From Fibrobacterales bacterium (lineage in GTDB: Bacteria; Fibrobacterota; Fibrobacteria; Fibrobacterales; JAOPTW01), in assembly GCA_051532035.1 (NCBI GenBank), contig JAOPTW010000015.1, forward strand, positions 32,001 to 96,000: a stretch of 64,000 nucleotides of DNA. The letters run 5' to 3'. Made by a program: the position numbers and the translations under genes. Numbering within the stretch: the stretch's first letter is position 1; every line of letters begins with the position of its first letter. The notes under the pieces are model-generated. The model had not been told where the DNA came from, did no database searches, and saw only the letters and a list, made by a program, of their open reading frames with translations. Shown here in pieces: positions 39,443 through 49,391 of this stretch.

Positions 39443-40662
39443 CGATAGCGGCGAGACGATTTACCCCAGTCTCCAAAGCCAGTAAAACTAATTGCTCCAC
39501 CGATAATATGCTCTTCATACTGCGGATCATCAGCTCCTAGCCCTCTAATGCCATAATAAAATGAGACATCTAGATTAGAAACTCTACGAGTTCCAAGAGG
39601 AAAACCAAAACCGACCGACCCTTTTACCTCAGTTGCATCATCTACATAGAGCTGTCCATACTGAACCCCCGCTCTATAAGAGACTCTCTTAAGATAAAAG
39701 TCATAAGCTCTACGTGACGGCGTCAATTGGTAACCTAAGCCTGCTGAAAAAGCATCATTAAGCGCCGTTTCTCTCTTCTCAGTCACAACGGTAAGAGGAG
39801 AAACAGCATTAATCCCATCCCACCTTTGATAATCCCCATCAACGGATAGTATATGTCGGTCATTCAGACGCATCGAACCACCAACAGATATTTTAGCACC
39901 ATAGGTCTGCTCTTTTTCGGTTTTGAAAATCACTTCAGACTGATTTTTATTGGCATCAGTGAAATAGAGTGACGTGTCCTGTACATTCTCTTTAAAGGCG
40001 ATATCACCACTATAGAGTTGCTTGATTGTATATTCAGGTTGATACCCCAAATAGAGGGCCCAACCTTTACCACTAAACTGAACTGAAGTAGCGACATACC
40101 CTATCTGTGCATCAGATTCGTAAGAGACGGTTGTATTTTTAACACGTTGGTAGTTTTCTTCGTACACCTGGGTTGCACCCATCGGGTGATGATAATTTAC
40201 CCCGATAGCGAAACGATCAAAAAGAGTGATAGACCAAGAAGGAACGATCTCTGCAATTGCTCCCTCTATAGTTGTTTTAAGAGAGTCTGCCCCAACGAGT
40301 TGCTCGTAATGAAAGTCATAGCCATATTTTTGAAAATAAGCGAGAGAGATATTTCCTGCGGGTCCAATTGGTATACTCATTGAGATGTACGGAATATTAA
40401 AGCCACTCTCTGTAGTCTTTCCATACTCGACTGACTCAAATATCAATCCTGCAGCAAAACTTGTTTTGTTATTAAAAGCCATTTTAGCAGGGTTTGTTAA
40501 TGAATGTGCATCATCAAGTAATGTTGCATTTGCTCCACCTAAGGAAATACCTTTGGCGAGGTTTGGCGATTGTGGAACACCAAGCTGGTTAATGCCAAAT
40601 GTTGAGGCAGCCCAGAGAGGTAACGTAGTAATAACAAGAGTAAGTAACGATTTGCGTATCAT
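39439..40662 (-). CDS. Putative outer-membrane beta-barrel (FadL/OmpP1-like)
   Basis: Signal peptide; SLGGA...NPA hatch-like motif; alternating amphipathic strands (YRAGVQY, GFGFPL). Confidence 0.6.
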   Translation of the reverse strand: MIRKSLLTLVITTLPLWAASTFGINQLGVPQSPNLAKGISLGGANATLLDDAHSLTNPAKMAFNNKTSFAAGLIFESVEYGKTTESGFNIPYISMSIPIGPAGNISLAYFQKYGYDFHYEQLVGADSLKTTIEGAIAEIVPSWSITLFDRFAIGVNYHHPMGATQVYEENYQRVKNTTVSYESDAQIGYVATSVQFSGKGWALYLGYQPEYTIKQLYSGDIAFKENVQDTSLYFTDANKNQSEVIFKTEKEQTYGAKISVGGSMRLNDRHILSVDGDYQRWDGINAVSPLTVVTEKRETALNDAFSAGLGYQLTPSRRAYDFYLKRVSYRAGVQYGQLYVDDATEVKGSVGFGFPLGTRRVSNLDVSFYYGIRGLGADDPQYEEHIIGGAISFTGFGDWGKSSRRYR

Positions 40663-40670
40663 GAAGGCCC

Positions 40671-42179
40671 CTAAATAGCACCAAGCTCAATGAGCTCGAT
40701 GTGAAGATCAAAAGTTAAAGCACTAAAATCAATAGACTTAAGAAACCGATTAAAACGGTTATCATCTGTTTCAATTGTATTGTTTTCCACAGAACTCCAC
40801 AAAAGATACTTCTTAGAGGGGTCAACAACTGATTTTGATGGATATAAATAGGTTACTGGCTCCGCACCAACACGACCCAAATTAACAATATGTTTAACTG
40901 ATTCAGTAATATCAACCGAAACAGTTTCAGTTGTATCAACTATACTCGACAACGCTGAACCAGCGAATTGTCTCTCGAGTACTTTAAAGCCGCTGAACCC
41001 CACTGAACTCATATCAAATGTTTCACTTACAGCTTCAAGAACAAAAGGCTGATCAAATTCCGACCACACTCTATCATTAGTAGTGAAGGTAAGCGTTGCA
41101 CGTTGGACCACATGATTTACATATTGCCCCGAAATGGTACCAATACTCTGCTCTAACTGGGCCAACAGAGCGTCACCATTCAACTTAAAGCTCACCGAGT
41201 CAAGACCTCTCGTACTCCTACTAGAATTAACATTAAATCCAAGTGCTGTTAATGAACCGGTATCAACACGATTAACATAAAACCGATCAATGGAATGGGT
41301 AATCATGAGTGAGTCAGAAAAGCACAGAGTCGGTTTAGGATAATCAACTTGTAGATGGACCAATTTCCCACCAAGGGTATCAACACCTGTAGAGTCTATC
41401 GGCTTCACACTGGTAAATACAATTGAAAGAGCAAGGAGAGAGTCTTTAAGTGCTATCACTTGCGCACGAAGCTCTTCTCCTAAAGGCACGATAATTGGAG
41501 CGTTGTAGAGTGCTAATACGAGTGAATCAAGAACAATACCTCCCTGACTACCAAGGGGATCACTCAAACTGATAGTGTCGATTATCTCTTTTCTAATGAC
41601 TCGATAAGTTGCAACACCTAGGTCATTGGGATCCATAAGATCGTTAAAAAACTGTGCAAGGGTATCTTCACTTCCTGTTACATAAGGATTACCGAAAAAG
41701 GCAACACTATCTTGGCGATTATTTTTCATATCCTCAGCGTACTTATGCAAAATAACAGAGTAACGTATTTCAACTGAATCATTTTGAAAGAGTGGCGCAC
41801 CATACTGTTTTGCATAACTGCTATAGAGTGTATCAACATCAAATACCAGATAAGGTTGGATAAAAAAGAGGGAATCGAGCCCTTCTACACTTTTATTTTC
41901 TGTTATTCCAGTCAATTCATAGCCAAATCCAGCAGAAAAGTCACCAATAGTACTCTCACTCCCTACAATATTAACTGAGGCATCGAACAGTGTTCGATTC
42001 GATTTATGTAGTGTCAGTGAGTCTGGCGTGAGGTTACTCAATGTTACTGAAACAGTATCATTAGTAAGTTCAACACCTTGTGCTTCTAAGTAGCCCTGAC
42101 TTGCATCAAGATTAGATTCATCGAAAAGGCATGCAGAAAGCAAAAAGCTCACGCAGAGCAGGAGTGATAATATCTTCAC
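40671..42179 (-). CDS. Hypothetical lipoprotein
   Basis: Lipobox LLSAC; 502 aa beta-rich; co-oriented 8 nt upstream of the barrel gene. Confidence 0.7.
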   Translation of the reverse strand: MKILSLLLCVSFLLSACLFDESNLDASQGYLEAQGVELTNDTVSVTLSNLTPDSLTLHKSNRTLFDASVNIVGSESTIGDFSAGFGYELTGITENKSVEGLDSLFFIQPYLVFDVDTLYSSYAKQYGAPLFQNDSVEIRYSVILHKYAEDMKNNRQDSVAFFGNPYVTGSEDTLAQFFNDLMDPNDLGVATYRVIRKEIIDTISLSDPLGSQGGIVLDSLVLALYNAPIIVPLGEELRAQVIALKDSLLALSIVFTSVKPIDSTGVDTLGGKLVHLQVDYPKPTLCFSDSLMITHSIDRFYVNRVDTGSLTALGFNVNSSRSTRGLDSVSFKLNGDALLAQLEQSIGTISGQYVNHVVQRATLTFTTNDRVWSEFDQPFVLEAVSETFDMSSVGFSGFKVLERQFAGSALSSIVDTTETVSVDITESVKHIVNLGRVGAEPVTYLYPSKSVVDPSKKYLLWSSVENNTIETDDNRFNRFLKSIDFSALTFDLHIELIELGAI

Positions 42180-42362
42180 AAATTTCTCTATTTATTGGAC
42201 AATTTGGGATAAAATATACAAAATACCCTCCATTAGAACACCTCTAATAACATACCATTGATTTGCTCCACAATTTTATCACTGAAAGGGCCTCGCCGCT
42301 CTTTTTTAGACATAAATTGCAATTAAAATAGGATAATCATTAAAAATCAGCCATTCTGAACT

Positions 42363-45300
42363 ATGCAATACATCTTACTTACAACCATAACTCCTACCAG
42401 ACAAAATCAATCGTTGTTTTCGAGTGATTCAAAAGTTATGGACTCTATTGATGACACCATCATTACTGCAATACTTAAATATGGGGGGCACTCTTTTACT
42501 ACGCACCCCCATCACTATTTCGCGTCATTTACTAATGATTTCCCCTTAAAATGCGCGAAGGAAATCTTTGATCAGTTACTTGAACTTATTGGATCTAAAA
42601 ACATTAGAGCTATACGAATATCTATGGGTACTGGTCCTTCTGTATCAATAGAATCCTATATTATTGGTTCTGCTGTAGCACAAGCCCAAAGACTGAATAC
42701 AATATGTCCTGGTGGGCAAATCCTGCTCCCTAAATCAGCCTATGAAACCCTCCCCACATTCATGAACTCTAATGTTATGGATTATGGGAGCCCCCTCCTC
42801 ACCGATTTACTTATTCCCGATCACATTTTTGGTACCACGAGTTCTGCAATTCTCAATCCAGGCCACATAACCGAAAAACGAATCACTGCCCCCACTAACC
42901 TTCCACTCTATGAAACACCCCTCACAGGACGTGAATCCGAACTCAATGTGTTGCGAAATATGCTTCTCGACAATAGGGTGCTCAGTATAACTGGGCCAGC
43001 CGGTGTAGGTAAAACCCGCTTAAGCCACCACTTAGGAGCGCAGTGTCATAAAATATTTTCTGATGGTGTTTTCTATATCGACTTTAATGACCAAATAGAC
43101 CTGCAAGAGCACCTGTTTACCCTTGCAACTCATCTCAATATTACCCTACACTCTGCCTCTGGGATAGATGCACAAATTATCACACACCTACATACCAAGA
43201 AAATCCTCCTGATGGCTGATTGTGGTACACAGTTTCTTTCTCACCATCATGAATTTCTCACAACCCTTATTAAAAACACCTCATCCCTTCAACTCCTTTT
43301 AGTGACCCGCGCCCCTGTAGGCATTATTTACGAGCAGGTCTTTACCTTAGGCAACCTCCCTACTCCCAAACAAGATGCTCCTCTTGTCGAACACCTCTTT
43401 GGGGAGAGTAGTTTTTTACTCTATCTGAACCACGCCCTTTATATGTACCCTGATTTACTGCTCGATAATAACACCGTCAAAATGATTATAAATATCTGCA
43501 CTCTATTACAGGGAACACCTCAAGCAATTTTAATGGCAGCGGCATGGAGTAAAACCCTGACAGTAAACCAGCTCAATGAAACCCTCGCGCGATTAATTCC
43601 TGAATTTGAAAAGCACGATCAGACAATACCAGGCCTCCCTAAAAGAAACAATGCACTCCGTGCAATGTTTGAAGCTACATTACAGGACTTAAAACGGGAC
43701 GAATATGATGCATTTATTAAGCTCTCAATCTTTAAGAATAGCTTTAACGTGTATGATGCACAGAAAGCCACAGGGGTACAAGCACTTACCGTAGCGCGAC
43801 TCTTTAATAAATCGCCCTTAATTAAAACATCTTCCGAACTCTACACAATGGAAAAAGTATTTAAAAGAATTGCTTATGAAGAGCTTCTTGCCTCTGATTT
43901 TATGAACAGTGTACACCTCTCTTTTTATCACTATTATCTAGAGGTGCTCAATAAAAATTTACCAAAAATCCACTCGTCTCATCAACAAAACATTTTGCTC
44001 TATTTTAATCAAAACAAAGAGAACATAATCTCTGCATGGCATCTATGCCTCAATAATGGTTCTCTTGCAGAAATTGTACTTTTTATGAACGCCCTCTTTG
44101 AACCATTAGACAGACTTCATGCCTATGCTGAAATCATTATACTTTTTGATGCTCTCCGCACTATCCTTGATGAAGAAACACTAATGCAGAGTCCTGACGT
44201 GATTTCGTGTAAAGCACAACTCCATTCAATCTTTGGATCATGTTACACACATCTACACTCTTCTGAAGAAGCAGAGGCAGCCCTCATTCGTTCACTTTCA
44301 TTGTCAACTGAATTATTAGAGTCGTCTCGTTCTACCATAGATGGGCAGGATATAGAGAACAATCAAGCAGTTACGCTATTGAGAATGAGTATTCTGAAGA
44401 TTCAACTCAACAAAAAAGAAGAAGCACTTACTCATGCTCAAAAAGCACTGAAGGTTTTTGTAACCAAACAAAATAGCACTGCTCATGCATGGGCAGAAGG
44501 GGTTATAGGACTCATTTTTCTTCAGATGGACCTGTGTGAAAAATCAACAAATCATTTTAAAGAAAGCCTCGTTCAATATCAATACAGTAACTACCCTGCA
44601 GGTATCAAATGGGCACAACATAATTTGGCACGAAGTTTGTATAACAGCGGCAACTTTAGTGAAGCTCAAAAATATTCTTCAATCTCTGAGTTCGAATCTG
44701 AATCGACCACAGATCCACATGACCTCACACTCTACAACTCAACCCATGAAGAACTCACTATTGAAAAATTAGAAACTCTTGTTTCTATATACCACCAAGT
44801 GGGTGACTATCAAAAAGCTCTTTCCAATGCTGAAAAACTTTTAATCCTCAGCAGTAACATTGGCAACAACAAGGTAATTGGAGACACCCTATTAAGCATG
44901 GGGATGATTCACTGCTCACTAGGGAACGTTAAAAAGTCAAAAAGTCAACTCGATGAAGCGCTCACACTTTTTGAAAAAATGAAACACCACCAAGAGATTA
45001 ACCACACATACTTAAATTTAGCATCCCTCCAATGGCAGAGTGATAAACTGACCCTTATGGGTGACTACCTCAATAAAATTGATACAGAGCTCATCCCTCC
45101 TCAAAGTACTTTTACGGTTGACTACTACAATATTCTTGGTACACATGCACTCCTTACTGAAAATTTAATAAATGCCGAGGAGTCGTTCACAAAAGCACAC
45201 ACCATGAGTGTGCATCTCAACTATGAAAATGGAATGATGCGTGCAATAAACAATTTATCCAAATTGGCTTTGACATCTAAAGACATTACGGAAGCGTTGA

Positions 45301-45638
45301 ACCGTTTTCATACACTACTCCCTATTGCAAATAAAAGTGGTACTTATCCTATCATACTTGAAAGCCTCCTCGACCTGTCTCAAATTTTAATTGATACGAA
45401 AGAGTATGAGTTTGCTATGGATACATTAATCTTTATTCATAATCATAAGGCAACAAACGGGTTTGTTAAAAAGCACGCCAAGAAAAAGCTCTTTAAAATG
45501 CCCCCTAAATATGGAAAGCAATTTTTCTTTTACTGCATTAACAATGAAGAGCATCGTAATATAGAAGAGTTTTGTTCTGCTATTGTCTCTCACATAGAGA
45601 TAGCACTGAGCCATCAGTCAGGAAGTCCTTCGCTTTGA
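42363..45638 (+). CDS. STAND-class ATPase with an N-terminal degenerate class III cyclase-like domain and C-terminal TPRs
   Basis: IRISMGTG..GSAVAQAQRL..PGGQILL; TNLP..TPLTGRESEL; Walker A GPAGVGKT; LLMAD; LQGTPQAI (GLPLAI-like); LSIFKNSF; TPR helices. Confidence 0.85.
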   Translation: MQYILLTTITPTRQNQSLFSSDSKVMDSIDDTIITAILKYGGHSFTTHPHHYFASFTNDFPLKCAKEIFDQLLELIGSKNIRAIRISMGTGPSVSIESYIIGSAVAQAQRLNTICPGGQILLPKSAYETLPTFMNSNVMDYGSPLLTDLLIPDHIFGTTSSAILNPGHITEKRITAPTNLPLYETPLTGRESELNVLRNMLLDNRVLSITGPAGVGKTRLSHHLGAQCHKIFSDGVFYIDFNDQIDLQEHLFTLATHLNITLHSASGIDAQIITHLHTKKILLMADCGTQFLSHHHEFLTTLIKNTSSLQLLLVTRAPVGIIYEQVFTLGNLPTPKQDAPLVEHLFGESSFLLYLNHALYMYPDLLLDNNTVKMIINICTLLQGTPQAILMAAAWSKTLTVNQLNETLARLIPEFEKHDQTIPGLPKRNNALRAMFEATLQDLKRDEYDAFIKLSIFKNSFNVYDAQKATGVQALTVARLFNKSPLIKTSSELYTMEKVFKRIAYEELLASDFMNSVHLSFYHYYLEVLNKNLPKIHSSHQQNILLYFNQNKENIISAWHLCLNNGSLAEIVLFMNALFEPLDRLHAYAEIIILFDALRTILDEETLMQSPDVISCKAQLHSIFGSCYTHLHSSEEAEAALIRSLSLSTELLESSRSTIDGQDIENNQAVTLLRMSILKIQLNKKEEALTHAQKALKVFVTKQNSTAHAWAEGVIGLIFLQMDLCEKSTNHFKESLVQYQYSNYPAGIKWAQHNLARSLYNSGNFSEAQKYSSISEFESESTTDPHDLTLYNSTHEELTIEKLETLVSIYHQVGDYQKALSNAEKLLILSSNIGNNKVIGDTLLSMGMIHCSLGNVKKSKSQLDEALTLFEKMKHHQEINHTYLNLASLQWQSDKLTLMGDYLNKIDTELIPPQSTFTVDYYNILGTHALLTENLINAEESFTKAHTMSVHLNYENGMMRAINNLSKLALTSKDITEALNRFHTLLPIANKSGTYPIILESLLDLSQILIDTKEYEFAMDTLIFIHNHKATNGFVKKHAKKKLFKMPPKYGKQFFFYCINNEEHRNIEEFCSAIVSHIEIALSHQSGSPSL

Positions 45639-46357
45639 TCATCACTGTACCCTGAATACTTTTTGAGGTTCTCTTTTGCCTGTTTTTTACGAGCTTCTTT
45701 ACGTCGAGAAAAATCACGATGCCGCGATTGCGGTTTTGAATTAATAAAGTTCAATTGATTCTCAACCATTCTATCAAACACCACTAAAAGCTCTTCGTAA
45801 GCCTCCGAAGACTTCTCTAAAGTCCTTAAGCTCATGACAACCGCTTCAACCGTAGAGATAAAATTCTTTTTTGGCTCTTTGCGAATGCGATAATTGCTTT
45901 CACTTTTAGGATTGATACTATAATGAGGAATGTCATTGAGAACTGATGAGTTATAAATCATTTTTTTCGCTTCTCTCCATGTGCCATCAACCACATAGAG
46001 GTTCTGCAAATCTTCCGGAGCTTCAGAAAGGTCAACCGCATGAGGCGAAGGAAAGAGCAGACCATTTTTTTCTATTGGAATTTTTTTAAAGTCTGACAAA
46101 AAGGATTCATGTTCATTAAAACAAACCCCATGAAACATGACTGAATTAGTAAGAGCAAGGTGGGTAAAGCGAGCAGTATTAATAGGCATGTACCGTTCGT
46201 TTGGATGTTGGAGTATTCCAATACGTACCCGAGAAGTAAGTTCTGGTATCGTTGCACAGAGACAAAGCTCTTCTACCTTCCAGCAGCGGTAACAAAAAGG
46301 GCGTGGATTCGCATCACTCTTATATTTACCTTTAATATAGTTTGAAGCGTCCTGCAT
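45614..46357 (-). CDS. DTW-domain tRNA-uridine aminocarboxypropyltransferase (TapT/YfiP family)
   Basis: CYRC..CLC, QHPNE, NTAR, LLFP, VVDGTW, YRIRK, ISTVEA. Confidence 0.9.
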   Translation of the reverse strand: MQDASNYIKGKYKSDANPRPFCYRCWKVEELCLCATIPELTSRVRIGILQHPNERYMPINTARFTHLALTNSVMFHGVCFNEHESFLSDFKKIPIEKNGLLFPSPHAVDLSEAPEDLQNLYVVDGTWREAKKMIYNSSVLNDIPHYSINPKSESNYRIRKEPKKNFISTVEAVVMSLRTLEKSSEAYEELLVVFDRMVENQLNFINSKPQSRHRDFSRRKEARKKQAKENLKKYSGYSDDQSEGLPD

Positions 46358-46373
46358 ACTTTTCTTAACCCAC

Positions 46374-47360
46374 TTACCAGTTAGTTATAGGCATCTTCTT
46401 CTTTTTAGATGCTCGTTTTGGTCTTCTTTTTGATACTTTTTTATTAATCTTGAGTTGGTCTTCGAGCCTTTCTGATGAGTCCGGGCTTAACATTACAGCA
46501 GGCATAGTCTTTAATTTCCCCCATTTACCTTCATCAATGATGCTATTCAACTCATTGAAAAGATCCTTTTTCCAATCAAGGTCATCAAAATCAACTCGTT
46601 TTTTAAGTCCCTTGTAGAGTGCATAATTTTTAAGAATTCTCTTAAAGTGTCTTTTGTAAGAACCTTTGAGAGAATTGGCACGCCAGTTTCTTGGGCTCGG
46701 AATCACAGCTACGAGACGAGCCATTTGTGGAATACTCAGTCGCGACAACTCTTTGCCAAAATGATAGTGCGCCCCTTCACTTACCCCAAAAACCCCTGGA
46801 CCAAACTGTGCAATATTGAGATACAACTCAAGTATTCTTCTCTTAGTTAAACTATTCTCAAGGAGCACCGTGATTCCCGCTTCTCGAATTTTTCGAGACA
46901 TTTTTTTATCGGAGCTTAAATAGAGGTTTTTAACCAACTGCTGACTAATGGTACTTGCCCCGCGCGCTTTCTCACCTTTTTGATGATTAGATACAATCGC
47001 GTATTCTATCTCACTTAGATCGAACCCTGCATGATCATAAAACTTAGCATCCTCAGCGATTAAGACCATCTCTCTGAGTACAGCAGGGATCTCTTCGTAA
47101 GATATCCAGCTATAGAGAATATCTTCTGAGCCTGAGTTACTCATCTGTAATCGCTCATACTCAACATTCATAAAAGATGTAGTTGTTGGGTTATGTTCAG
47201 CAAGCATTTTAATTTCCCAATATTTCAGGTAATTTGCAAGCGACAAGAGTCCCCAAACTAACGCAATGAGTATGAGGCCCAAAACAATCTGATACCCTCT
47301 CCAACAATAGAGAACTACTTTTTTGACAATTTTTAGATAAATATTCTGTCGTGATTCCAT
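46374..47360 (-). CDS. mtgA: Monofunctional peptidoglycan transglycosylase (GT51)
   Basis: AEDAKFYDHAGFD, RGASTISQQLVKNLYL, RKIREA, RILELYLN. Confidence 0.88.
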   Translation of the reverse strand: MESRQNIYLKIVKKVVLYCWRGYQIVLGLILIALVWGLLSLANYLKYWEIKMLAEHNPTTTSFMNVEYERLQMSNSGSEDILYSWISYEEIPAVLREMVLIAEDAKFYDHAGFDLSEIEYAIVSNHQKGEKARGASTISQQLVKNLYLSSDKKMSRKIREAGITVLLENSLTKRRILELYLNIAQFGPGVFGVSEGAHYHFGKELSRLSIPQMARLVAVIPSPRNWRANSLKGSYKRHFKRILKNYALYKGLKKRVDFDDLDWKKDLFNELNSIIDEGKWGKLKTMPAVMLSPDSSERLEDQLKINKKVSKRRPKRASKKKKMPITNW

Positions 47361-47422
47361 ATGTGTGTCTATGTTCTAACTCAAATTTTTCCAATCCCGG
47401 TGATAATATAGATCAATTGTTC

Positions 47423-47430
47423 TATATTTG
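47423..47430 (+). promoter_or_regulatory. Candidate TAnnTTTG-type promoter box
   Basis: TATATTTG about 43 nt upstream of ATG 47473. Confidence 0.5.
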
Positions 47431-47472
47431 AAACCTAAAAGAGCACGCCGCTCCCTATCACTCTTACTAATT

Positions 47473-48384
47473 ATGACTTCAATAGCACAGACTACTCCAA
47501 AGCGCATCCTCTGCACCGGAATAACAGCGATTCATACATGGCCTGCATTTTGTGCACTCCTTGAAGATGATTCCCATGAAGTTTTTGGCATAAAACCGCC
47601 AAAAGCTAAAGCCCCCACTGGACCAAATATATTTTCAGCATCGTTGAGCAATCCTGACGCATATAGAGCTATTTTTGAAGAGGTACAGCCAACACATGTA
47701 CTTCATGCGGCCGGAGTATGCGACTTGGATGGATGTGAAGCGGATCCTTCTCGGGCCCACCGAATTAATGTCGATGGGGCAAAGCTTATTCGAGAACTTT
47801 CTCAGGATGCATATTTAATGTATTGTAGCGCCGACCTAGTCTTTTCAGGAGTAGAGCCTCCACAAGCTGGGTATTCAGAATCTCACGCTCCTGACCCTGT
47901 TAGTGTTGTGGGTAAAACCTATTTATTAGCTGAGAAAGAGATTGAGAAGCACCCTCGGTCTGCCATTGTGCGAATGGGGCTGCCTATGGGCCCTTCTATT
48001 CAAGGCTCAAAAGCTGCTGTTGATTGGATCGAAGGCCGATTTAAAAAAAACCGTACCGTCACCCTCTTCTATGACGAATATCGCTCGGCAATTCACACTG
48101 ATGATGTTGGGGAGATTATTAACCAACTTTTTAACAAAGAGATCACCGGATTATATCATGCAGGCGGCCCAAGACCGGTAAGCCTCTATGAAATGGGAGA
48201 TGTTATCAGTGAATTCAGTGAAAAATACGATAAATCGCTCCTCAAGGGACGATATACTCATGAAGAAAAAAATGGTCCTCCACGAGTTAAAAATGTACAC
48301 ATGGATAGTTCTCTTGTCTATTCACTCCTTGGATGGACACCAAAAGAGTGGCCAACACTCCTAAATCCAGACCTTACTATTTAA
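47473..48384 (+). CDS. RmlD-like (extended SDR) protein with degenerate motifs
   Basis: HAAG..D.D.CE.DP..A.RINV.G, SADLVFSG, YSE...PDP, LFYDEYRS; start moved to ATG 47473. Confidence 0.8.
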   Translation: MTSIAQTTPKRILCTGITAIHTWPAFCALLEDDSHEVFGIKPPKAKAPTGPNIFSASLSNPDAYRAIFEEVQPTHVLHAAGVCDLDGCEADPSRAHRINVDGAKLIRELSQDAYLMYCSADLVFSGVEPPQAGYSESHAPDPVSVVGKTYLLAEKEIEKHPRSAIVRMGLPMGPSIQGSKAAVDWIEGRFKKNRTVTLFYDEYRSAIHTDDVGEIINQLFNKEITGLYHAGGPRPVSLYEMGDVISEFSEKYDKSLLKGRYTHEEKNGPPRVKNVHMDSSLVYSLLGWTPKEWPTLLNPDLTI

Positions 48385-48555
48385 TTACTTTCCTTTATTT
48401 CTACCCTCTTTGCTTAAATATCCCCTTCTAAGTCCCATTTAGGACCCTATTTTCAAAAAAAAAGCAGACTAGTTTCATATTTGCGCAAGAGAAGTATGGT
48501 TTTTTTGAGAAATTTCTTATTTTTTCTAAAAATATTACATTTTACAAGGATAACA

Positions 48556-49317
48556 ATGAAAAAATTAATTGCTTCAGCATCAGTTCTTATGATGCTTGTC
48601 GGCTGTCAAAAAGGTATTGACACCAAAAGTGTTACTAAAGCATCTCTTAAAACTGAAATGGATAAAGTAAGTTACTCTATCGGTCTTGATATTGGGTCAA
48701 ACTTCAAAAAACAAGAAATCGAAGTAGAGCTTACTAAATTCTTTAGAGGGATCGAAGACGGCCTTACAGCTACTGAAACTCCACTTATGGACCAAAAAGA
48801 AGTTCGCGAAACTATGACATCATTCCAAAAAGTAATGATGGAAAAAATGCAAGACAAAAGAAAAAAAGAAACTGAAGACAGAAAACTTCAAGGCGAAAAA
48901 AATATTGAAGAAAACAAAAAATTCTTCGAAGAAAACAAAGCTAAAGAAGGTGTGAAAACAACTGAATCAGGTCTTCAATTCAAAGTAATTACTGAAGGTA
49001 CTGGCCCAATTCCTACTCTTGACGACAAAGTTGAGTGTCACTACAAAGGTACTCTCCTTAACGGTGAAGTATTTGACTCTTCATACGAACGCGGTAAACC
49101 ATCACAATTCCCACTTAAAGGTGTGATCAAAGGTTGGACTGAAGCGCTTCAAATGATGAAAGTTGGATCTAAATGGGAACTCTACATAACTCCTGAACTT
49201 GGTTATGGCACAAGAGGCTCTGGAAAAATTTCTCCAAATGCTGCACTCAAATTCGAAATCGAACTTTTGAGCATTGTTCCTAAAACTGAAGCTCCAAAAA
49301 AAGCTGATAAAAAATAG
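48556..49317 (+). CDS. fkpA: FKBP-type PPIase (FkpA/Mip-like), lipoprotein
   Basis: AAGGA RBS; LVGC lipobox; SYSIG, TESGLQF, FDSSYERG, VIKGWTEAL. Confidence 0.9.
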   Translation: MKKLIASASVLMMLVGCQKGIDTKSVTKASLKTEMDKVSYSIGLDIGSNFKKQEIEVELTKFFRGIEDGLTATETPLMDQKEVRETMTSFQKVMMEKMQDKRKKETEDRKLQGEKNIEENKKFFEENKAKEGVKTTESGLQFKVITEGTGPIPTLDDKVECHYKGTLLNGEVFDSSYERGKPSQFPLKGVIKGWTEALQMMKVGSKWELYITPELGYGTRGSGKISPNAALKFEIELLSIVPKTEAPKKADKK

Positions 49318-49335
49318 ATCTCTTTTGAACTATTG

Positions 49336-49364
49336 AAAAGGGGTGCTTTTGCACCCCTTTTTTT
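49336..49364 (+). terminator. Intrinsic terminator between the two FKBP genes
   Basis: aaaaggggtgc-tttt-gcacccctttt followed by a T-tract. Confidence 0.85.
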
Positions 49365-49391
49365 GTACAATTTCATAAAAAAGGGTTCTGA

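Noticed and set aside
42363..45638. Calling the STAND protein an Avs anti-phage system
   Set aside because: No nuclease, TIR, SIR2 or protease effector, and no defence-island or mobile context.
45614..45638. 25-bp convergent overlap of the STAND and DTW genes (also the 4-bp nadB/barrel overlap)
   Set aside because: Short tail-to-tail overlaps are common in compact genomes.
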